Source: Convolutriloba macropyga
Lineage: Eukaryota
DNA: 64,000 nt
Reading direction: 5' to 3'
Assembly: GCF_964194025.1 (NCBI RefSeq)
Contig: NC_134472.1
Coordinates: 29,016,001-29,080,000 of the forward strand
The number at the start of each line of letters is the position of its first letter. Positions within the stretch are counted from its first letter, which is position 1. Positions 48,901 to 60,300 of this stretch are shown here, in pieces. Position numbers and translations under genes: made by a program. The notes under the pieces were generated by a model, which saw only the letters and a program-made list of their open reading frames with translations, was not told the origin of the DNA and did not search any database.

Positions 48901-49072
48901 CGAATATCGAAAAATCTTTTTTATTCCGTATGCTATGCTGGACGGACTTTTTAATGATACCACTCACAATTCTCTACGATGAATATATCGGTCGGCCAAA
49001 ATTGACTGAACAAAAAAACCCTGTTGAGTATATAGTTCCTCCCTCCCCACTAAAGTGGGGGTGGGAACAAAA
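45922..49072 (-). mobile_element. HINE-like family D copy (~3.1 kb)
   Basis: Perfect palindrome TAATGTGCG-TT-CGCACATTA plus GTTCCGACC subTIR at the left; 48985-49070 is the reverse complement of 12560-12640. Confidence 0.65.
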
Positions 49073-52000
49073 AATGGAAACTGTTACATCCTAGTTGCCT
49101 CATTAATTATAACTACTTTATTGAATCGACTATATATCTAATAAAAAAATACATTTTTAAGACATCTTTTTAGGTTAGGTACCCAGCGCAATTGAAACGT
49201 AAAAACGTGAAAGTGAAAGTATTTTAGAAACTTCAACTTTCCCCACGAGGAATTAATTTAGAAGAACTTTTCAAGGATCGAGTCAGCTTTTCAAGGTCCT
49301 TTTAATGTATCACATTAGATTATCCTCAAAAGATATCATTCGGTAAGAACTAATCTAATCAAAAGCCCGGGATATCTTAAAGTGCCTAACTCTCAAACCA
49401 ATTTGGAGGACTGAAACAAGTATTTTAGTTCAAACATATTAAACAGAAAGTATATGCCGCTAAATTCTTTCTAAATGTGGATAATTGAAGAAGCTTGTCG
49501 ATATTTTAACCCAAGTCACTTTCTAAAAAATTTAGCAATGTTTCACAATTAAACTGCCTAAACTAACAAAAATTGTCCCATCTGGTACCAAAAATAAAAT
49601 GTGTATGATGAAATTCCAGAGTGACACAGAAACCAGAAACCAAAAGGTCGCAAAGTTTCGCGTCCGATTGTGGTCGACCTTTAAAGACAGAATCCCAAAA
49701 TAGGAAACTCTAATTAGCGCAGAGCTTAGTAACTACTAAAAAAATAACGCTGAAGTTCAATATCTCGACCCAGAGGAACACTTCTGTAAAAAAAATCAGC
49801 ATGTGAGCAAAATCACCTCACGCAGAAAAATTCTTTCCATCATAATTTTTCATCCCTCTGTCCTTTGTAGAGCAGTATGGACAATAAAAACTTGGCGCTC
49901 CATCCAACAGTCTTGATCAGCACCCCAATTAAAGAAGTGAATTTTACATCAGAAGCTTTAAATTTTGAAGAAATGACTTTTAGCATTTCAGCTCCATTGC
50001 ACTTTTAGCAGTCATAATGCTGCCAATTCATTTCAACTTGCTCTGAATCAGAGCAACTTAACTCATAAAAAAGGGAAGTCACGTGTGAAAAGTCAACTGA
50101 AAAGTGGTTCAAAATCGAATTTAAAAAAGACCGACCGGCCTCAAATATTTGCTGCAAAATTGGCTTGAGAGCAAATAAAAAGCTTCAGCAATATTCCTTT
50201 TCAAGTCGTAATACTATTCGAGTATATAAAATTTAAGAGCAACAGCTCTTAAATATTTGCCAGTGGTATAATTACGAGCTATTAAACGGCTGATACTTCA
50301 CGTACCATAAATTTTTGGGTTAAGCTAGAACTTCCGTTATGCAAAAAAACGTAATGTTCAGCATCAGGATATTTCATTAGCGAATGATAGCAATTGTGAC
50401 TATTGGATTAATACGTAGTATAAAGCGTAATGTGTGCATCTGATTGTCTGATTAATACTTTCACTTTGTTTCCATTTGAACTAGGTTAATGTACTGCGTA
50501 CACTCTAATCCCGAACTCCATCTGTCACCAGTAAAAATGATCCCTAAGGAAAAAAAGCACACCAAAGAGACCTGATCCGTTAGCAATGCAAAGAACTTCA
50601 TGTTTCAAAACTTAATCAGGATGTCAACTATCAGAGATACCCAAATACCAACGATCACCGTGTCATCTAGCCAAACAATTCAGAAAATAGCAAATTGAAT
50701 TAAATTTTTGCCCTATTTCAGACGCATTATCTGTCTGGGTAAAATTCTCAGCAATTTCAAAATTGACCCCTAGTTGACATTGCACCCTTAACTTGTGTAT
50801 TACTAAAAAAAAGGATAGAGGATAACTTTCTGAATTGTTATAGTTCAAATCCACTCTAGTTTCCCGATAAGAACAAGGCGGCACTTGTACGCACACTGTA
50901 TGATGCAGCAGCCATGGGAGTCACAAATCTGGATAACATAATATCACAATAATGATTTAAAATCTGAGGGTGAAATTTGCATCATGGTCTCAGTTATTCT
51001 TCCCCGTCCCGGGTAAGAAGCAAACGAAATTTATAGCCGTATTATTCTTATGGTTGGATACTGTAGGGCATTGCACAATAAAACTAAAAACAGCGCTTGT
51101 TTATTTTTTAAAAACTTTTTTTTGCATCACAAGGCAGCATTGTCTAAGGCAGCTCTGAGTATTAATTATTACCAACAGCATAACAGACCAGAAGATATTA
51201 ACTGAAATAACCATAGGAAAAGATGTTATCGTTTGTCAAAAGTGTATCAGATCTCTGAGCAGTATTATTTGTGTATAAATTCAGCTGTTAACTGGTAAAG
51301 GAGAGATTGATGAAAAACGAACGAATGAGGTAATGCTTGGGTGGCTGACTTATACTTACAAGAAGTGATCTGAAAATAATTAAATGCTCATCATTTTGTA
51401 CCAAATAATTGCAGAAATTGCAGACCTACATTAACAGGTGTTCAAATACAACATTTCAGAGGTAGCGTAAGCTAACCAGAGAGTGGTGAGTGTTCTGATG
51501 CTTGTTTGTGTCAATTTGCTGAAGAACTCTCCATTCATTATCCATCTAAAAACATCACTTAATCTAAATGATAATGTCTTTTCATCATAAATAAATATCA
51601 GAAGCTATTCTTCAAACGAGTTCAAATTTACGCACAGCTAGAAAAGTTATACAAAATCAGAATGTATTACATAGCCCGTTATAATAAAAATAGAGCGCGT
51701 ATCGGGTGTCTACGTGTTATGCGCAAAGAGAAAAGATTCAAAATAATTTGAACTAATTCAACTAAAAATCACAAAATTTCTGCGTATAACAGAATTAATA
51801 TTTATGGTTAATAAATCACTGAGGTCGGTCAATTAATCTCAAACAAGACCCGATAGCATATAGAAATTAAAAAATTGAATAGAATTGCCTACAAGTACAA
51901 CAACAACAAAACAAGTCAGGCATGTGTTGGACACAAACGTAGCGCACTCATTCTTCCTAAAGATAGAGGGAACAGCCCATAATAAAGATAACAATGTAAC

Positions 52001-55000
52001 AAAAAAATCTATTTCGAAAATAATACTTGAGAATAATTCTAAAAATTTAGCTCGATTATTTAAGCCATTCACATTTCACGCTCAACGAAAAACCAAAAAC
52101 TGAATGCTTTAATGATTGCCAAGCTATCATCATCTCTGATACCCACTCGAGGAAACAGTCAATAACTTTTCACAAAATTGGATAACAATATGAAAACTTT
52201 CATTAAGTGCAAAAATTGCCGTTTCTAACAACCAAATGATGGTTAACAATTTGAACAGTGAGCATAACAGTTACCATATTTACGTAGAAAGGACAAAAAC
52301 ATGTCTATTTGGTTTAATAAACAATTTAATCAAAAAATCCAAAGTTGCAGTTTATAAAACCTTTTCCAACCTCGCAAAAGGCAATATTCAGTTTTAGAAC
52401 AGTTCGAACATCAGATCAAATAATTATTCAGACACAATCACACAAAATTAATTGCATAAACAATCGCATAAACCAAAAACACTTTTTGGAAATGACAGGA
52501 AATAGTACGGAATTTTATAATTGCTAGTAAATTGCTTTGATAAGATGTAATAACATCGAGCAGTGATTCGGTTTAAGATTTAGGAATGATAAAAAGCCAT
52601 TCCAGAAAACTACAATTGTTTTTTCTCGAGTTTATTTTGGAAATAACTATTACTACGAGAAGAATTTAGCCTACAACTGTGGGGTTTTGAGATATTTGAA
52701 GATCGACCTGTAAATCATTTGGCGGGAAATTCTGAAAATGAGGGAAAAATTGGGTGACATAACTACCGCATTTCGGGTTTTATTCCAGGGTCCTGTGCAT
52801 TGACCAAAAAATGTCATCCTCAAAGAAAGATATGGAAAAACAACAATCCTGAATATTTTGGACAATTTTTATTTCACTATTTTTTCTGAATTTTAAGATT
52901 CCCTGTTACAGCAAAATCCTTTAGTTTCTGCGGTATATTTACAAAATCGATACATTTAGACCACCATGCTATCAGATAGCTCCCCCTCTCAAAAATGGAT
53001 CTAAGTAATCACTGGGGATGCTAAACTCACCAACATTTGGTTTCTGTTATTTTGACTTAGACGAGTACTGCAGCCCTCCCCCCCCCCCCCCCCCCAATAA
53101 ACGTTCTTTCAAAAAATTGATTCCGACTATTATATTTGTAAAAAAAAACTTTGTACGCAATTTGACAGGAGAAAAAGTTATACATCTCAGAGTTACTCTT
53201 GATTCAAAGTTAAAAATTTAAGACAAAGAGAAAACCTTCCCCGAAAAATGAATTTTCGAAACTTTCAAAAGCAATCAAATCTCCTTACCCAATTAAGACC
53301 AGATTATTATTAAATGCTACTAGTTGTCAGTCATCTCCATTACACATTGGTATTTTAAAGCGGAATTACAAGCAATTTGAACATCTACCGAGAAAAACAA
53401 TTAATTGAGTACCTCTGTCAAGACGTGTTTTGACTTTTTCAGATCGAATTTGAACGAATTCCCAGACAATTTGAGTTTTGTAAGTTTACTTGAGGTGATT
53501 TCAAGTTATAGGTATCTATTAAATGAGTCCAATATCAAATGTTTTTTTATTGCTTTAAGCTTACGCGTTCTCAATTGAATGTTCTTGTTGTTCATTTAAC
53601 GTGTTCTTCTGTTATCAAGATTTTTGACAAAATTACGAAACAGTATACGATACATAACAGCACCTATATTGATTTTCAATAAAAAAACAGTAGAGATCTC
53701 TTGGAAAATGCACTAAAAAGGCTGGAACTCCGAAGAGATCAGATTCTCGAAGCAACGCTAATATCCGATATCATTTCAAACTTCAGCTCTCTATTTGTGA
53801 TTCACAAACCCTTGAGTCTGTTGGGCTCAAATCAGAAACATATACAATCGAGTAAAAACGGGCCGCCAAATTTTACAACATAGTTTCTTTAATTTTCAAA
53901 ACTTATTGTTTCTCTATTTTCTCATCCTATTTCCACTGCCTGCTCGTTGCAGACTTGGATAGCAGGACTTACCCATGTAGTATGAAAGGGCGAGCCAAGC
54001 AGACAATTAAAATCTGCAGCAACCCTGATGTATCTAATGCGCATTAGATCTTGCTTACTTTTCAAGTGGTCGATACCAATCTCGCTGTGTTGCGGAGCGA
54101 ACAACAATGAGTTTACCTCCTTCATCAATACTTAGTAGTTCCTAGGGCTATAAATTGATCTCCTATAATAACTTGGTTGTATTGGAAACTTGGTATATTT
54201 TCCAATCATAGAGTCACCTATTTCATCAACTACTTTCTTTTTTTAACCGCTCGTTCATAGTTGAGACTAGGCAATTCCGGATTGAGATTGCTCATTTCTG
54301 TAATATACAAAATTTTGCCTTCTAATTTAACCTTTAAGAATAGTACAAGCTCCTGGTACAACCCTCTCTGTTGCTTAGGATAATGGGCTTGCGAAATAAC
54401 CACTTCTCTAGTTTTTAAACGAAACTTGAGGTATTTATTGGGATTTGAATTGGGAAAACTCCACACCAGATTTTTGAATTCTACAAGTAAAAACGAGCGC
54501 GCAAAATTGTCGCTATTTGCTCAATTGTTTTATTACAAAATCCGAATATTTCTTGGACAGTTAGCAGCAGCCAACCAGTAAATTATACTTAAAACCTCTG
54601 AATTCAATCATTTATTCATTTAGTTAAATCGCAGCGAAACACATAAAAACGTGGTCGAGTTGAAGATTCATGGCTGTTTTTCGAACATTTGAATAGCTTT
54701 CGTAAATTTAAGAAGCACAGTTTGAAGTTGCTCACGTAACCAAATATTTGCTTGAAAACAGCTGTGACAGTGTTCAAATATTGCGTAAACAAAAAATGTT
54801 AAATAATCCAAAGAACAGCTTCTTTTTTTCAGCCAGCAGCCACAGCACTGACTACTTGATTTCAAAAATCACGCACTACAAATAACAAAAAAAAAGATTT
54901 CGAAGAGTATGACCCCCAGTTTAGAAAAAATACCGTGACCCACTATCCACAAAAAGACTGCGAAGAAATAGAAGAATATGGAACAAAGGTGTCAAAACAA

Positions 55001-55349
55001 GACGATAGTTTGTTCATTTAAATCTACTCCTTTATTAACCCAGCCTTTTCGTTGCAAAGTACTCACACAATTTTTGAAATTAGACTGAAGAAAAATTTGG
55101 TATCGCATATATATATTTCACTTTTTGAATTGTTGGCACAAAAACGTAAACAAGTAGAAGTTAAACCAAACAAAATAGAAAAGGTCAAATTAATTTTACT
55201 TCAGTAAAAATTGAAACAGACAAATTTTGCTCGTGATATGTTGATATGACTTAGAGTAACGTTATCAAAAATAATTGCAAATATGTCTTGAAAAGATGCA
55301 AAGATACCGACAGCACCAATCGGTAAACGATAATTTGAAAATACAACGA

Positions 55350-56768
55350 TCACAGTTCCGGATGTCTAGGCAAAAACATAATTGCCTTTAAGAGATCCTG
55401 TAATTTGGCCAAAACTTCTTTTCTGTACTCCATTTGATCATCGTCCAACTTAATCTTAACACCACCTCCTCTTAGATCCTTTTCAAGCATCAAATCTTTA
55501 AAAACTGTCTGCAAATGTTCCAACCACTGTTTCACTTCTGATTGCTGACATACATTCTCGCTAACAAAAAGCTTTGAAGCATCTATTAATGTCTCAAATG
55601 AATTCAAGTTTGAAGTGAAACTTTGACGTCTGAAAGTTTCACTCAAAATTTGGCAAGTGCAAGATATTCCTTGCCCAACTGAGGCTAGCTGATATTGCCT
55701 ATTTAGCGTTCGTGTTGCATCTGAATGATCGTCATCAATTGACGCGTAATTAGCTTCGTTTATCAAATCCATTTCTAGTTGGGCAACCTTGAAGCTTGGT
55801 AAAAAACCTTTTTCAGTTGCTTTGCATAATAATTGGTAACCGTTCATATCTCCAAAAACTTTCTGAGCAAACGGAAAGTTTCGGAGAAAAGCTGAGAGCG
55901 CATTAAATGCCGATTTAGTTAGAGACGATTCAATGTTTGAATCCAACGCTCTTGTCAAAAATTGTAAAATTTGACCATCTTCAAAAGCGTACACTTTCAA
56001 TTTCTGATTGCTTTGCAGACACGACGTTAATACTGTTAGCGCAGCTCTTTTAACAGATGTGTCAGAATGATTATAAACTTGCTTAATCAGGCCAAGGCCA
56101 TTCATGTGTAAAATGAAATCCTGCGCGTTATCAATTTGGTGGGTATAGTAAGTCAAATCTTCCATTTTAGTCAAAATAACGCTTTTTTCTAGATTATCAA
56201 TCGCTTGACTTCTCAAAAACTGAACAATATCTTGAACTATTTCAGATTCAGTTTGTATTTGATGATTTAAGTCTTCAAAATCCTTTTTCAATTCTTCAAT
56301 GTCTTTGAACTTCGAAAGGTCAAGGGCACTATTTTCATTTTTTGGCCCATCGTCTGGCATGTTAACAAGCTTCGCTTTAAGTTCTTCATCAGAGAGATAA
56401 TTGAACTTTCCAGATTGGTCAACCCATCCAGTAGATTCGGAGCTTTTTGATTCCTGGACCTGTTCTTTGTCGTCCAAAAGCTTTGCTTCCTTTTCACCAG
56501 TTTGGAGATTAATTCTGTAATGCAGTCCTGAAGGTAGCATCTGACCTGGTTTGACCTTTTGCCACACTTTAGAGGGAATGAACAACTCGTGTTCGTAATT
56601 TTCATCTTCTGGTGTTTCATTCAAATTCGCACTTTCTTGAATCGGTTCAGGAGCAATTTGTTCTTCTGATTCTTTTTCTTTGACAAAGACAACTGCATTG
56701 TCATCACTCAAAACAACGACACAATTTGAGACTAATATGAGTAATAGAAGTTTCAACGCCATAGCCAT
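55350..56768 (-). CDS. SIL1: Nucleotide exchange factor SIL1 (BiP co-chaperone), intronless CDS
   Basis: 472-aa ORF with hydrophobic signal peptide, SIL1 signature FIPSKVWQKVKPGQMLPSGLHYRINLQTGEKEAKL, ARM/Fes1-like HQIDNAQDF and LQSNQK segments, C-terminal HPEL (KDEL-like). Confidence 0.93.
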   Translation of the reverse strand: MAMALKLLLLILVSNCVVVLSDDNAVVFVKEKESEEQIAPEPIQESANLNETPEDENYEHELFIPSKVWQKVKPGQMLPSGLHYRINLQTGEKEAKLLDDKEQVQESKSSESTGWVDQSGKFNYLSDEELKAKLVNMPDDGPKNENSALDLSKFKDIEELKKDFEDLNHQIQTESEIVQDIVQFLRSQAIDNLEKSVILTKMEDLTYYTHQIDNAQDFILHMNGLGLIKQVYNHSDTSVKRAALTVLTSCLQSNQKLKVYAFEDGQILQFLTRALDSNIESSLTKSAFNALSAFLRNFPFAQKVFGDMNGYQLLCKATEKGFLPSFKVAQLEMDLINEANYASIDDDHSDATRTLNRQYQLASVGQGISCTCQILSETFRRQSFTSNLNSFETLIDASKLFVSENVCQQSEVKQWLEHLQTVFKDLMLEKDLRGGGVKIKLDDDQMEYRKEVLAKLQDLLKAIMFLPRHPEL

Positions 56769-57347
56769 TCAATACAACCGATTCTGAAACGCATTTGAAT
56801 ATTCAATGAGTGCTTATGCATCGTAATATCTTTTTGAGAACCGAAATAGATATTCATAAGAAATACCAAAAAACACTACATAGGCTTTATTCGCAACCGA
56901 ATATTCCATACATTGATATTGTGCCCATAATGATTGCATAAACATGCCTTTTCTCGCCATTAAGTGGACACAGTTTAACGCCATCTCTTCAGTTCAGTGT
57001 GTTTGATGGAAATCATCCAGGAAAATGACACGCACGCAAAGTATATTTAAGAAGAGGTTCTTCACTTTATGCTTGACTCTATTACGATCACAAAATAGTA
57101 TCAGCGTAAATAGATGACGTCACACATCATGCATGTGAAAACATTGAGAGGATAGATAGTATGCATATCAGAGGTATCAGTGGTTAAAAAAAATACATTT
57201 ACAATAATATTCAGCTGAACAATATTTAGCATGAGGAACATAATGAGTGACCTGTTTCAGCGCAGACAAACTTGGAAACACTGTATAGCTCGAAAACATT
57301 TGAGTTCGTTTTGGTTCTTCGTGCGGGCAGCTTAGCAAATTATCTGC

Positions 57348-60300
57348 TCAATTGATTTTGACGAGTTCCACCTCGAATATTAGGGTAGCATTTGGTGGAA
57401 TGACACCAGCTGCTCCTCGCGATCCGTAGCCATACTCGGGTGAAATTGTGAATCTAGCTTTTTCTCCCAATGACATCTGTGGAACACCCTCGTCCCAGCC
57501 TCTGATCACCTATATAGCAATAAAGAGACTAATTAAATCAGGGCATTTGAATAAAATGACTCAATATAATTAGATAAATCACCTCTCCTTCAAAGAAGTC
57601 AATTACTTTCCCGGGGTGAAATTTTTCAAGAAACAGAAAAATGCTTAATGTGCTGTAATTTCTCGGTATATCAACTGTTTAACCCATCCTCCGTATGACA
57701 ATCCAAATGCTCCAAGTTAACAAAGAGTACTGGGAACAAAAACAGCCACAAGAAATTTACGAAACAATTTAGACAGAATCAGTTCTAACTTAACTTTTGT
57801 AATGTAGATAGTCTGAAAAACAGAAAACTCATTATCCCTACGGAATTTGCAAGTAATCGGACTCTTGGTAAACAATAGCACAAACTGTGTCATGACAGCA
57901 AAAGTAAACAAACTTAATTATACTCCTTTCAATTTCATACAAACTCGACAACTTTCCCTCTTTGAAAACTCTCGCAACAGGCTATCAGCTCCAAAACAAG
58001 CCGTAAAATATTTTAGAACAACCAATATTGGAATTAATCAAAAACAATTATATTGATTTTTTAAAAAGAGACAAAATGGGACCCAGAAGCATGAAATATT
58101 AGAAGGCAATTGAGATTCAAACCTTTCTACAATCCTTATTGGAATGTACCAGTAGTGTTTCAGGCAACGCTGCAAAAAACGACAATTCAGCTGAAAATGT
58201 TGCATATGAAATTTCACGAAATAAACGAATAATTATCCAGTTCAAAACCTAAATAACTTTTTCAATGAAAATTTCCATTTAGACTCCATCCTGACCAATC
58301 AGCTAACATCTCATTTTTTGCAAACGAATCTCAAAGAAAGATGTTGCCCGAACAACAGTCGCTCGCTTGAATTGCATTTTTGACCGCCAAACAACATAAA
58401 TGCTCCAGCTATTCAGCAAAATCTTTAGGAAATCATGCTGTTGAAAAAACATCAACTCCTGTAATTCGTAAGAGCAAAGGAATATTCATTAGTAAACACC
58501 GGAGAGTATAAATCGAGTTCCCAACCACCAGAAGCCACACAAATTTTCGTTTTTCAGATAACATTGTCGTTGTCTTTATATGAACGTGACTTGATTCTCA
58601 AATATGGGTGTGCAATAATGCAAGAGCGCAACCGAGTTCAACTGGATGGCAAAATGTTGGACATCATCAATGCTGTGGAGGATGAGAGAACGAGAGTACC
58701 TATCAGGGAACTGGCAGTATAATTTCAAGAAAAATCTGACTTAGATAAAAAAGGTATAGGAACTTAGAAAAACTTACGCAGAACAAATGAAAGAGTTCGA
58801 GAACAAGAACGGTAGTCACGTGATCATAAAAAACCTCCAATTGATCCACGTGATTCAATCAATCATTTTGAAAATATAAATTTTCTAAAGGGATCGTAGA
58901 AAGTTTTATGTAAACGAATCGCAGCTAGCTAGAAGCATATCAGAGTCTTCCATCTGGCAGTGAGTTCCCTGATAATTTGACATCCACAGTGAATAATAAG
59001 TTCACAAAATTGGCCCTAAAGGGTATGGTGTATAAAGAACGCAACCTTCATGCCGATGCAAAAAACAATTTTATCCAGAAAAAACAATTGAACGGAACGG
59101 TTATATACATTTAAGAAAGGTTGCAACCAGTGGAGAGGTCGATCAAAAGATAGAGTGGCGAAACGGTCCAAATAACTTCTATATGAAAATGAAAGTGCAT
59201 TATTTTTGTTCTGTGTTGTGATAAATTTGATCCAACTCAAAATTGAATAAAATTTTGTGTCGGCAACAAATGTTGATATCTATAAGCTGCAAAAACCTAA
59301 TATTAAAAACAGCTTTAGAAAAAGTTCAGATAGACACAACCCCACACCAACTAAAGCAAACTATTCAAGCGCAATAATTGAGCTGATGACTTACCTTCTG
59401 AAACCCAGATAGATAAAATTTTGAGATTGACTGCAAATAAGTGTGGTAATAAGCTATATACAGACTATCCTATTTGCTGTTGTTATGCAAACCACGCATG
59501 ATCGAGTGTTAAACTTATTGTTCTTGTTACTGAACTGATGGTAAAAAGAAACTTTTTTGTTTGAACTCCTGTAGAGCTTCTTTTCATAAAAAATCATCTC
59601 TGAAAAATTTATAACGAGTATCTAAAAATAGGAGCTTATAGTGAAAATGGAAATAATTTTACTCCAAACCTGATCATTTGCCTAGCTCCTGTTTTTCCCC
59701 ACCTCTTTGGATTTCTTCATATTTTTTCCTAGGTTTCTCATCTGGCTTTTAAATGAAACGTCATCCTCTTTAACACGAATTACTTTTCCTCTGAAGGTTA
59801 AATACGTTGCTTCTTAATCCTGTAAACATTTTTTTTCGAACTACAAGCGAAAAAGTTTTAACAAATTGGAAACAATAGGAAACACAGTACGTCATCACTA
59901 ACTCATAGTTCCAAAAGGACCAACACGTCAACTCTAACTAAAACTGACTGAAGACAATTGTACCAATATTGGCCTGTCTGCGGGAAGTGATTTTATTTCG
60001 ATAAGGCTGATAAGCCAATGTCACAAATTTAACTGCGTCAGAAACGTTAAATCTCTAGAGAGTGAACAAATTATAGGAGTGTGACTTAGACTGAGACAAA
60101 GCCTCCAGGTGAATTTAATTCCCATACTTTGATGACTTAGTTGTCTTTAAAGTATTGGTGATCACAAATTTAGTTTGCTAAAAACAGCACATTAAAAATG
60201 GAGCAGTGTCCGAAACCTGATATGGGAGAAACTGTTATACTTACAAAACATTCGCGCAATAGGAATTAATTTTGATGAACTTCATACTCAACTAGAAGGT

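Noticed and set aside
53922-54466. Two consecutive minus-strand ORFs and an ATGG|gtaagt site near 54030
   Set aside because: No recognisable homology and no phase-consistent link to the TACC exon chain
58630-58730. [22 protein letters not shown], reminiscent of a pogo/Tigger HTH
   Set aside because: Too short, ends in a stop, no transposase domain or TIRs seen
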